A DNA stretch of 55,196 nucleotides, the filler included, from Blastocystis sp. subtype 4 (Eukaryota): assembly GCF_000743755.1 (NCBI RefSeq). It is 2 parts of 2 records of this genome, joined end to end, with 100 filler letters (N's around TTAATTAATTAA, not from the genome) between each part and the next. Parts side by side here need not be neighbours in the genome. Positions count along the whole stretch, not along the records: positions 1 to 27,223 come from NW_014569403.1; 1 more part is not named here. One strand, given 5' to 3'. A program made the translations under genes and the position numbers. The notes beneath the pieces are model-generated. The model was not told the origin of the DNA. It was given only the letters and a program-made list of their open reading frames with translations, and did no database searches. Positions within the stretch are counted from its first letter, which is position 1. Every line of letters begins with the position of its first letter. Shown here piece after piece: positions 12,409 through 26,752 of this stretch.

Positions 12409-13323
12409 ATGTCGCATTTCCAGTACCTCACAGATGAACAGATTATTCATTCTCCCTCGTATAGAGATGGAATTACAACTGCAGATGAGGAGAGTTTGCG
12501 GAAATCAAGCTGCACATTCATTCGCACACTCTGTAAGCAGTTGGAGTTATATCCTATTTTCACTCTTCTGGATTTCTCTTCCTTAACGTTTTACAAAGTC
12601 ATATGTCACATATTCTGCCTGTGTCTTCTTTCACCGATTCTATAGTCTTCAATCCTATAAGACACATGATCGAACTGTAGGAGGTGGGAATTTAATTGTA
12701 TTCATAGATAATCGCAGCTGGTTGCTGTTTCCTTGCAGCAAAGGTGGAAGAGAGTTTTCGAAATCCGGAAGAAATTGCCAAGAACTACTATATTGTAAAG
12801 AACTCCATCGAACCAGATCAAGCCCAAATTCGAGTCCTTCTTGGAGTTATTCGTAATAGATAGGATATAAAAATGAAAGTCCTTTTAGCTGAACGAGTAA
12901 TATTGAATGTCCTCTCTTTTGATCTGATCATCGAACAGCCCTTCAACGCTATGATTTTCATCTCTACAGAATTATCAAGTAATAGAATTGCAATTAAACT
13001 GATCCATAGTATCAGATCGACCTCTTCAATATGCATGGAGATTTGCTAACGATTCGTTATGACAGAATTGAAGCTTAATTAATAGAGTACTGACAACAGT
13101 ATCCATTCAGTACTCAGAGAACACAATTGCTGCTGCTTGTATGTATTTGTCAATCTCTGGTTTTAACACCATTCCAAAGGAAACCTATATGCCAGTTCTG
13201 CTCAGTACAGCTCAGGTAACAGAAGATGTCGTCCTTAGTAGAATTGATTCATATTCTTCATAAGTAGAATGTGCAAATTGTATGAAGGCACTATATCAGA
13301 ACTATGACATTCTGTTTCAGTAA
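12409..13323 (+). CDS. Transcription-type cyclin (cyclin T/K/L-like)
   Basis: SPSYRDGIT..DEESLRKSSCTFI, LHRFYSLQS, CFLAAKVEES, ERVILNVLSFDLIIEQP. Confidence 0.85.
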
Positions 13324-13343
13324 TCTGTTTCTTATCAAACACG

Positions 13344-16300
13344 TTATAACAAGCATTCATGATTCTTTACAAATACACAAGGAATATCAAAATACTCATC
13401 AATCCATCGATTGAGAGACTCTACAAAGATAGACACAATATGCAAGTCCATTTGACCAGTCTGAATAGGAATCACAGTGTATTCTAGACAAGCAGACTCT
13501 GAAGGAAGTAACTAAGATCAGATCCAAATTCTTATTTCTACCATTCGCCTTTCTTCCAGCACTCCAGCAACCATCCATCGCTTCGTATCCTTCAGCAGTT
13601 TCACTGTAATATTTTGACCAATTCCGGACCGATTTTGGACCAACACAAGCACTCTCCCAGGAGTTCCTTTCTCGAACTCTTCAGATGGAGTCACTTCCAT
13701 CACGACAGGAGATGGTTTCAGTATGAACGGAGGCAGAGTCTGTGTGAAAGAGAGAGGTGTGGGATCAGCCAGTGTCAGTTCCACCAGGGCCACAAGTGAC
13801 TGGACTGGAGTTTGATCCTTCTTTACACAAACCTCAAATCGCCACTTCAGCTCCTCCTGCTTCTTCAGCTTCCAGGTACCCACGTCTGCAAGTCCTTCAA
13901 GCGAGACTCGGAAGTCATTCACAGGTTCAATGACATGCTCCAGAGACACCTCCACACAGAAGCCAATGTGACTATACACTGTCGAGACCTGCTCATCCGA
14001 TGGAGCCTCAATCGATGGTAGCAAACGAGTCTTCACCTCAAATGGTGATCGAATCTCTAGCGAGAGGGTTGTTTCTGTGTTGGTTTCGGTATCCAGAATC
14101 ATAACTGTTCCTTGTTTCATCTCGCAGAAGGTTTCCAAATCTCTTAGATCCATTCTCAGGACAATTACTTCATCATTCTTTCAATCATTCTCTCACACAA
14201 CGCTTACCTCCACAACCGTACAGACTTTAGCGAGAGCAGAATCAGAGTCCTGGACCTTCAGCGTATCAAGTTGTCTCTCCTTCGCATTCAATCCCAGCTC
14301 AATCATATTCACCTTCCCAGCAATAACAGTCTCTAATGATGGAATTCTGAGACATGGTTTCCGTGGGGAAGAATCAATTTGGATCTGTCGGAGGTCCCAA
14401 TGTGTGAGTTGAAGCTTCAACCCATGGAGAGAGTACGCCAATGAATCCAATGGTAAGAACACACCTCCACACTCCCGAATCTGGACCTGGAAGCAAGGCA
14501 TTTGAATAAGAGATTCTGCCTTCAATTCGAGTGTGCTTATGAATGAATCCTCAGATGCCATGGGAGTTTCATTCTATCTATCAATCCAAATGAAACTCCT
14601 ACTTCCATGGAATGCTCAATAAGAACCTGCTGAGTAGTAGGATCAAGAAGTCGAAGGGATTGGAGTGTGATTAGACAGGGTAACGTACTGTCTGTGAAAT
14701 GTCATGTCAATTCTTACTTCACTAAAACAACTTTGAGTGTGAGAATTTCATTTAGAGAAGCATTCGGGAAATCCGCAAATACACCCCATTTCAAAGGAAA
14801 AGTGATTGTATCAAGTGACGATACAGATTGAATCTGAGATGTGAATAACTGAAAACATGCAATTCGTGTCTGCTGATAAAGTGAAAATGGTGCTTCAAGC
14901 AAGATACAGAGAGATTGAAGAAGAGTCTATGGATATAACATCTGTTCAGTGATTACATCCATGTCATGATAATTATATGCAGTAATCACTACACCCAAAT
15001 AACACAGTTTACTCAGTTCTATTAATCCTCCGTAATACAGATTCCAGGCATATTTCTGTAATTCCTTTAATCGCTACTAATAATGAATCTTTCAAATACT
15101 CACTTCCGTGTGATTTGAAATCAATACAGCATCAATACAAGTAAGGATAGGAGATTCACAAATATCTTCCAATTGCTGTGACTGACTGAATAAGAGGCTT
15201 TCGGTATACATTTCTCGAAAGTCGAACTACAAATGAAACTCCTATTCATTGTTCACTTGGTGAAGTAAACAATCACAGTAACTAGCTTCGTCAGTGAACT
15301 TATCAAATTCCAGAAAGATCGACTTTTCCGGAATCTGAGAATAATCATTCGGATTCAAGATCCAGTGCTGAACCGAAAGTAGAAAAGCCTCTCTCAAATA
15401 CATTGTCCGGAGAGCATAACAGGAATCTATTCTAAAGACAAGAATTCACAATTACTGATGATCGTAACTACGTCGCGAGGAACTGTATCTGAAGCAATAC
15501 TCTGTTCATATTGATCAATAATGAACTGATACTGTGTTGCTTTCCATAGAGAAAACAAGGCAGACTAAGGATTAAAACAGGAGGGAAAAATGACAGTTTC
15601 ATCAGCCAAAATCGCCGAAACCGCATGAATACAGCCAGTAATCTTCCGAAAGGTTTGAGCTACACCTTTTGTATTCTGAATCAGAAGACTGTACAAAACT
15701 ATTTTGTAATTCACGATGGAGAGGATTTGACGAATTTCCTCATGATTCTTCTTTTCCATCTTCAATAAAGAACATCGTTCAAACATACGTCAGAAAACAA
15801 TGATAAACAGAAATCTTGAACTCGGGAGTAGTATTCCAGACAACGGGTGTATGAATACAATGCACTAGAGTCTTGAATACTCAAACTGGAGAGACATTCA
15901 TTGAAAAAACTCATCTTCAACATGGCTCGAATCACACGTTCTATTTCGAACAGATAACGTATTACTTACGAGGGGGAATTTCTGAAGGAGAGGAACACAT
16001 GTCATTGTCCAATATATCTAAACGTGTGGAGTAGTAATTGTGACAGACTTGATATACTTCAGATTTGAGTGATTTAATAGTGCCTAAAGCAGATGCGATT
16101 AATTCATCTTCAAAGAACAGACATGAGTGAATGTTGTCCAAGTCAATACTGTTTAATCTACCTCATATATCATCTAAATATAGCGTACTCTCGAATTAGC
16201 TGATCCTCCTTAATTGAACTCGCGTTTAAAGCATCACGACCTCGAGGACACACAAAGATCGAAATAAAGGATGGGATACGATTTCCATAATGAGCCTTAA

Positions 16301-16640
16301 TCCTTTTATAATTATCACTCACTGCGGTTTTCCATTTTTGACTATCTGTTGCTAGAAGTTGAAGATCAACAGGTTCACAGAACAGACAAAGTGCTGGTTG
16401 TCGATGGGAATGCTTATGATACCAATTACTCTTCATTATGAACATCCTCTTCTCATCAGGATGGTTTTCTTGTCTCTCTTGTTCAATAAGATCATCTTCT
16501 TCAAGAAACTCAATACTATAATGAGTCGTCTTCTCTCGGAAGAAACGATCCGCAATGTACACACAAAGACTCGGATCTCCACAGAATGTCAACAGAGGAG
16601 TAGATATCTTAACAATATCTGCAGGAAGTGGAGGAATCAT
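13344..16640 (-). CDS. TRAPPC11: TRAPP complex subunit 11-like (foie gras/gryzun)
   Basis: N-terminal TPLLTFCG and IMKSNWYHKHSHRQPA resembling TRAPPC11; C-terminal beta-rich region with WMVAG and IPIQTG; divergent, many introns. Confidence 0.6.
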
Positions 16641-16686
16641 ATGAAAGAATGTCAATTCTCAACAAACACATCGTAAAAGGACCCCA

Positions 16687-19600
16687 TTAATTGAAAAAGT
16701 AAGGACTATTACGCACACTCTCTAAATCAAGCTTTCCCTTTTCAGGAATTGGAGGGAACGAAACATCAGGATAACGAATCACCAGAGATTCCAAGAAATC
16801 CTCTAAAATCGGTTGTGAATAGAGATTAACGAATTGATCTCGTAACATCTCATTCATTTGGTCCACATCGCCTACACATGAATATTCGTTTCTATACTCA
16901 CAAGCATGTGTCCAATACGAATCGTGCACAGTAGCAAAATCCATATTGTATTTATCCGTCACTAGAGCCGTCATCATCATATGAGTACTATCCAACGAAT
17001 GAACCTACATTATCAGAATGCTTCAGAACATACGAAATTGGGAGGAAATGCCGAAGATTGACGACGTGTCATCACAGGTAATATATCACTACAAATTATG
17101 GAGTTCCAAAAATACCCACTTATTCACTTTTACTTGGACATCTTGCATAGCAGTCGTAATATGGAATATATTCTCCTTCCGATAAGGCTGAACGACAGGC
17201 AGTCCCAATGGTGTTGTCCAACACACAGGACTATTTGTATGAGCAATCTATAAAATAACTCCAAAATCACATTCCAACAATTGCCGCTATTTTGTTCAAC
17301 CATGCCATGATGGTGGTAGCTCCCTTATTGGTGACTCCAATGGATCCAAGTGTTAATCGAGCCAAATACATAGAGAGACCATACAACATCTCATCATCAA
17401 ACTCAATCTTCTTGTCATCTCTTCGAGCCTATTCATTCATCTCATTCATTCACATGTACTGAGAGCTGTCCTTCGATCTGTTCTCTTGCTCCTACGAAGG
17501 TCACACCATATACAGAGGTCATCACAGTCTGTTTCACCACCTTCCGATTCACTTCTTCACCACCTCGTAATAGTTCAGCCATCTGTCGTATTGAGGCATC
17601 AGGACTATTCAGATCTGCGTGAATATGCTCCTTCACAATCCGTAGTACTGCTGTATAGACATCACCAGGTTTAGAGGAGGGCAGTAAGTTCACTTGAGCA
17701 CCTCCAACTTCATCCAGGCCCAGAGCAGCATAATGCTGTAAACCATTACAAGACCCATCCTGATGGATTGGGATGTTGCTCTCATACTGTTCTGGGTGTG
17801 GTGAATCCAAGGCACGAATATATTCTTGACAAGTTGCTAACAACTGCCAGGGATCATCACCTTCCTTCCACCATGCATCTGGAGCCAATGGGTCTTTTAC
17901 GGAAGCGCGAATATTGTCCAGATTTTCGTCAACCCATTTTGATCGATCATCAAAGGATATCTGTTCAGTAATAACGTATATAAATCATACCTTGTCATTA
18001 CCGTACAGATTGGCGACTTGAATCTTCAACCAAAACAAGCCACGTTCTCCTAATGGTTTTCTACGAGCAAATGATAATAACCCTCGACAGAGATCATTAC
18101 CAAGGTGATTCAGGTGAGGTGGAACTGGATACACACGCCCTCGAAAATCGAGATTCATAGGGAAATAGATAGTCTAGGTAATAAGAAAGATTCCAACGTG
18201 TACATCATGTTGAAACTCCCTTGCAATATCCAGCTTATATCCTAAATCACATCGAAGTGAGTGTAGATCATAGTTCTTCTGCTTGATTTTTGCGAAAGCA
18301 CGTTTGAACAGTCTCTCACTGTCATAATCCTTCTATTCATAATTCTCTCGTTATACTCTCATACTCGCTCAGGAAGAGGAAGATCAGTCCGTGATGGAAT
18401 ATCCAACTCATTACCTCCTCGCTCCCACACTGCCTCCGCCACTTTCAGTACATCCGTGTTGATCACCCATCCGACCTTACTCAAAATATTGAGAGAACGG
18501 AAAACCTTGTGTAGATCAGCTTGATAGAGACACTCAGTCTACATATCGTATTCATCATGATTTGTACTTGAAGACGACTCCCGTGGGTTCGCATAAACAC
18601 GGTTTTCTGGCTCAAAAACCCACCTCGATCTACACTCAACCAAGGTCGTGGTGGCACCAACATAGGCTTGTAACGAATGAATGAAACTTCTCCATGAGAA
18701 TCACTAGAATCCAACTTCTGTTGGACTATCTCATTGAATCTGAACATTCCAACGAGATTCCCTGAAGGTCGTTGTCGTCGATAGAAGTGGATGAATGCAG
18801 GCTCGTTCTACAATGAAGGGAGTTTCATTGATCATACATGGCCCTCAACCTCTACTTGACAATTCTTTTGTAGTAAGAACAAAAGTACCCCACCCACCTT
18901 ATAAGTGATATCAGGAGCCCATTCTGACTACAAATCATGAATTCATTTCAATACTACCAAACTCTCTCTGTTGATTGGAGGAGTCAAAATAGCCTCATTC
19001 TTCTTCGCTTTCCGTTTTCGGTCATTTTCGAGTTGAGCAATGGCTTCCGACTACGGTAAAGAGAACGAAGGAGATATACTTTGATAATCTTACCCACATT
19101 CTCACAACAGAATGAATATGTGTTACCTGCTGGAGACTGCATTAAAATATGTGTCAGTTCATGAAGAACGATAATAGCAATTTTGTCAGGTTTCAATAAA
19201 AGCATATACGGCTGAATGGCCTTCTCCGAGACTGCACCTTGATTTTGTCTACATCCAATCATACTTTAGAATATTTTCAACTTGATATTCATTTGCTCTT
19301 CTCGAATAGCTTCAGTAAGAGGCTCAAACCAGGTAGCTAGAAGAACTTGTGCAGGACGTAACGAAACTCCTTGTCCAATCTTTTCCACTTCCGATTTCAT
19401 TGCTTGATACTTGTGGACAGCTACATCGATGGCATTCTCCTCCAATTCTAGTTGTCTTCGAATCAGCTACAATTAGGAACAGTAAGAATACTCACTTCAC
19501 GGTTGACTCGAGAAGTCTCTTCATCAGCAGGAGTCTTTTCTTTGCCTTCTTCATTTAACAGTTCTTTATCTACACAAAATTATGACGATGATGAAAATCT

Positions 19601-19802
19601 TACCAGCCAAAGGAGTAATCTCAAAGTCTGTAGTAAACGGAACATATGCTAATGCACCGTTCTTTTTATCAATATCCAATTGCTCTGTAGACTTTGCTTT
19701 GGAAGAAGTAGCAAATAAACGATTTCCAGCAACCACCGCTCGAATCAGCAAATGTTTTGCTCCTTTCCCCAACGAGTGGATACCAAGACGAGAAAGGAAC
19801 AT
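16687..19802 (-). CDS. RPO41: Mitochondrial single-subunit (T7 phage-type) RNA polymerase
   Basis: [72 protein letters not shown], terminal SPYFFN; presequence-like [34 protein letters not shown]. Confidence 0.97.
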
Positions 19803-20243
19803 TCTCCAATCGATAAACGATTGTGACAAACGAATAGGCAAGCCCAATTGGGATCCCATTTCGCCCAATCGCCTATTCTTACCGATTATCGGGTTATTCG
19901 AGGGAAAGGTAGTGATAATTACATTCAGTCATCGTAGTTGATGATTGGATCGTGATATCTGATGATCTACCAACAATTGAGTTCAGTGTCTAGATTTATT
20001 TGATGGAACGGCATACAAGAAATGAATGTGGATTTTAGTAAGCAAAAAAGTGAATTCTGAGTACTTGTTACAAAGATACAGATCTCAAAAGAATTGAATA
20101 GGTGGTTGAAGAACGATCGGATGATACATACAAACGATGATTTCATCAATTCCTTTTTTGGTTAAGAAGATTCATCATATACTAGGGAAAATATGTAAAT
20201 TCCCGTTCTTCTCGGCTCTTTGTTAGAATAGCAATCGCTGAGA

Positions 20244-23200
20244 ATGTTGTGGTCAATTTTCCTTTCGGTTTGCTTTGCCACCACAATAGCGTCCACCATT
20301 TGCGGGAGACATTCTTGTGATTCTTGCATTCGGGCAGAAGACTATGTACCTCATTGGGGTGGAGGCATTGTATTACTTGTGTTAGTTGTAATCATCAATA
20401 GGAAAGTGGTCGAGAACACTTGAATTGCTCTCTTTTCCTCGGTAAGGATTATATCACTGTAAAATCTCTTGTATCAACTTCAGACGGACAGTATCAACAA
20501 GTCGACACTGACTACTTGTATTTGTGTTCCTAAGTGACTAATGCAAAGGGAAGAAGAGTTTCAGGAATGGTTACAATCTGGAGGATACAAGTCATCAGGT
20601 CATTGCCAGAATCGAACAGCGGAATTGATCTGCATGAATCATTTTCCTCCCTGTCATACCAAGGATGATTATGCTATTTACCCATGTCATGAGAATTGTC
20701 TTGGGTACAGTCAGCATGCTTTGGTTGTTCATGTGATTTGTAGAGTGTGTGGTGTTTATGCATCCGAAGAATGGTGTCCAACAGATGGTCCTGATTCTAA
20801 CGCAACTATTCCTGGAGAAGGAATGCATCGTCGTTCCAATAATGCTCTCTGGAGTTGTTTTGATGAAGACCATTCTATTGAGCCGTATAGATGATAATTT
20901 TTTGTTATTTGTAGAAGTCGTTGCTTGGCTAATGAATTTGATTGTGGAGGTAATCCCTTTTCTCCTGATTGCACTAGAGTTGGCTTCTTTGAATGGATTT
21001 ATCACTAGTGTCATTGTGAAAATGGGTTGATAGGTCAATCTTGTGACTCATGTACAAACTCAGCTCAATGCATTCATTCTCTCCAACTCAATCAAACGTG
21101 TTGGCGTGATCCAAGTGAAGTACTTATTGGACTGCCTCAGAAGGTTATTGACACAGCTAATACTACACGAACTCTGACCTGTGAGAGTGATGCAATTGGA
21201 TTGCTCACAACATATCTTGGTGATCATCATATTGAAATCACTCGTCCTGTGGAGGATATAATAGAAATAACCGTGTTTTCAACTTACTCAGAACTTCACC
21301 CATCAATCTTAGAATGTCACTATGAGAATTGCCAAGTGACTGTTCGTACTCTCTCTCATCAATAGAAACTTTCATCATTGGATTGCAGTATATATGTTCC
21401 TACGCTTAACCCTTGTCTCTATTGTTCTTCATTCTCGTGTGTTTATCCACCAGATCATCCTTTTGGTGATCTGTTTCGTTATGTTGAAACTCCTATGATC
21501 TTTGCTTGTGATGAAGAGGAATGTGTATGGAGACATCATCATCTCTTCACACAGCAACTTCATTGTCAAACTGGAGTTTGTATTACTGACATATCACCTT
21601 CAGAAAGGTAGTACAAAGTGGTAACTCGTAATTTCTAGTAATGTCGTATCATATGTTATTCTCACTGCATTCATTCTTCTCTTCCTTGTCGTAGTTAGTA
21701 GAAATCTCTCTCCCTGTTTCAGTGACTAGTTCTTCTCACAATTACTCCTGGGAAATCTTCAAGTGTCACTCCAGTTACACGAGAAGTCAAAAAGACGATG
21801 AGTTATGCTCGGATGAGTACACATTTGCTAACTCCATTGATGGAGCTCAATGAAGACTCTCATTCACCATTCCTCTCATCCTATCAGAATCTCCAACCCA
21901 ATGTCAGTATGTTTCAATTCGGTGATCCATAGGAGTATGTTTGGTGTGATGTGGAAGTGACTACACCAGACGGTAAGGCGATTGTTAATAGTCGAATCGG
22001 ATCTGTGAACAACACTCAAGGGTTGTATGCCATAGTAGGTCCGATTGGTATGATTGATCAATCTAATGACATCCAGGTACTCGAACACGACACTTACTAA
22101 TGGCTCTCTGTGGTCTCTGTGATCATGGGAATCATGTTACAGGAACATTCTTTCTCAATGGATCATTGCTCACTTTGACTGATCTCCTTCGTGAGACATC
22201 GTATGTGAATGGTTGTGATGATATGTGTCCTGATCTTACTGTGAGAGAGACTTTGCGTAATGCTTTCCTTCTGACACAACCACCCTGGGTGTACTGTTTC
22301 TATTATTTGATCACCTGTAGTAGCTCTCTCGAAACAGAAGATAAAACTGATTCTCTGTTAGCAGACGTTCGACTTGTGAAGAATCAACATGATTGTGTCA
22401 AATCCCTTCGACCAGATCAGCGGATGATCTTACGAATTGCAATTGAAGTTCTGACCAAATCCTCACTCATTATTCTTTACGACCCATTCGTCACATTCAC
22501 TCCTTCAATGACTGTCAATGTACCCATTTCTCTCATTCTCTCAAATAGGTATTGAGCTACTTAAGAAAGGCCCAACAATCAGGAATAATCATTCTATTGG
22601 CTCTTACTCAACCTCGTTCAATGGTTCTTCAATATGTTAAGAATGTCATTCTTATGGGTCCTCAAGCTAATATACTGTACAATGGAAGAATCAGTGAAGC
22701 TGAACTGTACTTCAGTCAATTTGAGTTGAGTAATCAGAATGACTATAGTGACAGTGATTATCTCCTTGATGTGGTAAATGATGAGATGAATAAATCATTC
22801 AAAAGGTTAGTAGAGCTGACGATATTCAAATGGAGCGAATGATGTCTGCATATCGTAATAGTGAAGAGTAATAACATGTTCAGTTATCTTATGATTAGCA
22901 ATAAGCTGTTATTATTGAGTATGAAACAGATTCGACGTGATTCAATGAACAATCTCAACAATCTCTCCTATGTCCGTGTCACGGATGCTCTGGATTCCAC
23001 ACCAGGTTCTGCTGTAGTCTCAACCAATCGATCAACGATTCGACGTCCTATGTCAGCTCCAAGATTCAGACCAACATTGGAGACCATTCATGATCAGCCC
23101 CCTGAAAGTACAAGACAGGATGCATCTCCAAGTCACTCACTTCAAGGATCGTATGGGAAGAGATTAGGGTCTATAACACATGTACCTCAGGGAGACAGTG

Positions 23201-24544
23201 AGAACTCTCTCTATGCTATCTATGGAATGAATACACAGAACTCAGCACTTACTCTATCTTCTCCTCTGGAAGGTTCTCCTCATCCTCACACACCCCATCA
23301 TCCTTCTCCTACCACTCTTCCCATATCAAACAGTACTCTCTCTCTTGGCAGACGGGACTCTCTCTCATTTAGTGCACGATCACACCCTGAAGATTGGATT
23401 ATTCCACCTCGTACCAAACTCCGAATCCTTGCTCATCGTATCATCAGCTGTCTACGACGAGATTATTTCTATCTCATTGGTCATACTCTTTGTGCCATCA
23501 TTTTGGGTGTCGCAATTGGCGTATTTTTCTGGCAACTTCCTCATGATATGGAAGGAATAACACGACGATATCAGATCCTGCATCTCTGTGTTTTCTACGC
23601 TCTGATCCAGGGAATCTCTGCAAGGATCTGGTATCGTAATGACTGTTCAATCTTCATTCGAGATGCCCGTTGTGGTTACATTTCGCCCCTGTCCTATTTC
23701 ACTATCGTATCCACTCTAGACTCTGTGGTTAATCGAGTGTTACCTTCTACTGTCTTTGTACGAAATAGTCTTGATTTTTACTATAGACTGTTTGTGTTGT
23801 GTTCATGACTGGATTATGCAAGAACAATGACTTCTTTGTATTTTCCAAAATTATGATGTTTTTGCTTGTTCTATTCTTAGCAATGATTTTTTTTGCTGCT
23901 ATGTTTGCTCTTACCTGTACGTTCAGTGATTAGAATGATTATTATAGACAGAATATCTAATAGAGTATTTGGAGTCATTCTTATTCTGATCATTGCACTT
24001 CAAGCCATACCCACAGTATCAAATATGTGGGATATTAGGGGATGGTCTTCGTTAGTAACTCTGTTGTTTCCTCCTGTGCTGATCTATCGACTGTTTCTCT
24101 CTATTGAATTCAAAGATTCTTCGTATTTGTATGGAATGATGGGACAACACCGTCCTATTGCTACATTACTTGGGGACAATATACTTTGTGATGTGGGTTT
24201 GAGGAAGGAGAAATGATCCATAGAATGGAATTGATGGTGTGTTGTCAATGAGAGTGAGTATCACGATTATGTTACTCGTGATCTGTGTGTGGTATACATT
24301 GCTAGTTATTCAGCTGTATGCCGATGTATCTGCGTCTCCTGTCACTACATATCAGTGTGTGAGATCAGATACCAAAAAGCGACTTGAAGAGGAGACGAGT
24401 TCGAGTGAGATTCGGATTGAAAGTGATGAAGGTGTGGAATCCAGTGAGATTGCAGACAGTAATGTGGTATCAACCAAGTCTTATCGACATCGTGATCGAG
24501 TTGACACAGGAGAGATGGATGGTGATGCTGGCTTAGAGATTTGA
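20244..24544 (+). CDS. ADP1-like ABCG half-transporter homologue with Cys-rich ectodomain and degenerate NBD
   Basis: Signal peptide MLWSIFLSVCFATTIAS; Cys-rich CRD/EGF-like exons; TM; NBD remnants (LTVRETL, TQPRS, YNG...YF, SDYLLDV); ABC2-type membrane domain (LGVAIGVFFWQL...IFIRDARCGY...SYF). Confidence 0.8.
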
Positions 24545-24600
24545 TGTTACTTGTTTCTTAACAAAGACTCCATAAAACAATAATCCCATTACTAGTACAC

Positions 24601-26696
24601 TTAATCTACTTCCTCCATTTCACCCTCTCCTTCCTCTTCCTTAGGAGCTTCTTCAGCAGGTGTTTCTTCCAAAGCAGGCACATCCTCTTCATCATCATTC
24701 AGACCCAGCTTAATCAATCTGTGAATACGGGAAGCGAAGGATACTGGATCCTCCAGCGAGAAACCCGAAGTCAGAAGTGATGTGTCAAACAACATCCACA
24801 CCAAATCCTTCACTACAGCATCATTACGATTCTCCTTCACCTTCTCCTTCAAGGACTTGATAATGCTGTTATCAGGATTAATCTCCATTGTCTTCTTGGA
24901 GGTCATGGCACCGAAGGAGTTATTACGCAGGGCCTGAGCCTTCATAATACGCTCCATTGAAGCAGACCAACCATATTCACTAGTCACCAGACAACAAGGA
25001 GAATCAGCCAGACGATTCGACACTTGGACCTTCTCCACCTTATCACCCAGCACTTCCTTGATCAACACACACAGATCCTCATATTCCTTCTTCTCCTCTT
25101 CCAGACGCTTCTTCTCATCTTCATCATCCTCCAGATTCAGATTCTCCTTCGTCACACACAGGAGCTTCTTCTCCTTATACTCCTTCAGCTGTTGCACCAT
25201 GTACTCATCGATGGCATCCACCATGTACAACACTTCATATCCCTTCTTCTTCAGCTTCTCCAGGAAAGGAGCATTCTTCACAGCCTCCAACGACTCACCC
25301 GTGATGTAGTAGATACCAGGCTGCTTCTCTTGCATGTGCTCGATGTACTCATCCAAACTCACCATCTCATCACCAGACTTACTGCTGTTGAAACGCAGCA
25401 GCTTCGCCAGACGCTCCCGATTCGTTGAGTCCTCATGAATACCCAGCTTCAGATTCTTGCTGAACTGCTCATAGAACGTCTTGAACTTCTCCTTATCCTC
25501 AGCCAGAGCATCGAACATTCCCAGACAACGCTTCACCAATGACTTCTTGATCACCTTCAGAATCTTGTTCTGTTGAAGCACCTCACGAGAGATGTTCAGA
25601 GGCAGATCATCTGAGTCCACAACACCACGAATGAAACTCAGATAAGCAGGCATCAGATCCTCACAATCATCCATGATAAATACACGACGCACATACAGCT
25701 TGATATTATGAGGCTTCTTATTCGACTCAAACATATCGAAAGGAGCTCGCTTTGGCACAAACAGAATTGAACGGAACTCCAACTGACCCTCCACAGCGAA
25801 GTGCTCATGAGCCAGAGAATCATCCCAATCATTCGAGATGTTCTTGTAGAAGGCATTGTACTCCTCTTCCGTCACTTCCTCCTTTGGACGCATCCAGATG
25901 GGCTTCTGCTTGTTCAGCACTTCCCATTCATGTGACACCTTCTTCACCTTCTTTGTCTTCTTCTCCTTTGTTGCTTCCTCTTCAGTCACCTCCTCCACCT
26001 TAGGTTCCTCATTCTCCTCACCTTCCTTCTCTTCTTCCTTCTCCTCTTCATCTTCAGGCACTTCTTCCTCTGTNNNNNNNNNNNNNNNNNNNNNNNNNNN
26101 NNNTTGCGCACCAGATCTCGAATTGTACGCTCCTCCAACATATCTTCCATATCACTCTTGATGTGAAGAATGATCTTCGTTCCACGACCCAGAGGCTCCT
26201 CAGTAGAAGGACGAATCGTGAATGAACCACCTGCAGAAGACTCCCACACATACTGCTCATCGTCATTGTTCTTCGAAATCACTTCCACACGATCAGCAAC
26301 CAAATAGGCAGAATAGAAACCCACACCAAACTGACCAATCATACTCATATCACTCGTTCCAGCCTGAAGAGACTCCATAAAGGCCTTAGTACCTGAACGA
26401 GCAATAGTACCCAAATTGTTAATAAGATCAGCCTTTGTCATTCCAATACCCGTATCACGAATGGTCAGAGTCTTGTTGGTCTTATCAGCAATGATCTCAA
26501 TCACCAAATCAGGATTTGACTCCAACTTGGAGGGATCAGTCAAGGATTCATAACGAATCTTATCCAAAGCATCAGATGCATTGGAGATCAGCTCACGAAG
26601 GAAAATGTCCTTGTTCTTGTAGAAGGTGTTAATGATCAACGACATAAGCTGAGTAATATCAGCGCTGAAAGCAAAGGTTTCCGATTGTTCAGCCAT
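24601..26696 (-). CDS. HSP90: Cytosolic heat shock protein 90 (interrupted by assembly gap 26074-26103)
   Basis: [52 protein letters not shown]-terminal MEEVD; no introns seen. Confidence 0.98.
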
Positions 26697-26752
26697 GTTT
26701 TATACGATTTCACTAAATGGATAAGAAAATACTGATGGTTTTCTCTCAAAAT

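Noticed and set aside
16687..19802. T7-like polymerase as evidence of a phage, linear plasmid or mobile element
   Set aside because: Intron-containing, has a mitochondrial presequence and no viral neighbours; ordinary nuclear gene
19930..20160. TGATGA/CTGA motifs suggesting a box C/D snoRNA between the RNA polymerase and ABCG genes
   Set aside because: Boxes too closely spaced, no recognisable guide or terminal stem; such motifs are common in AT-rich DNA
26074..26103. Apparent frameshift splitting HSP90 into two ORFs
   Set aside because: Falls at an N gap of arbitrary length; both halves are intact
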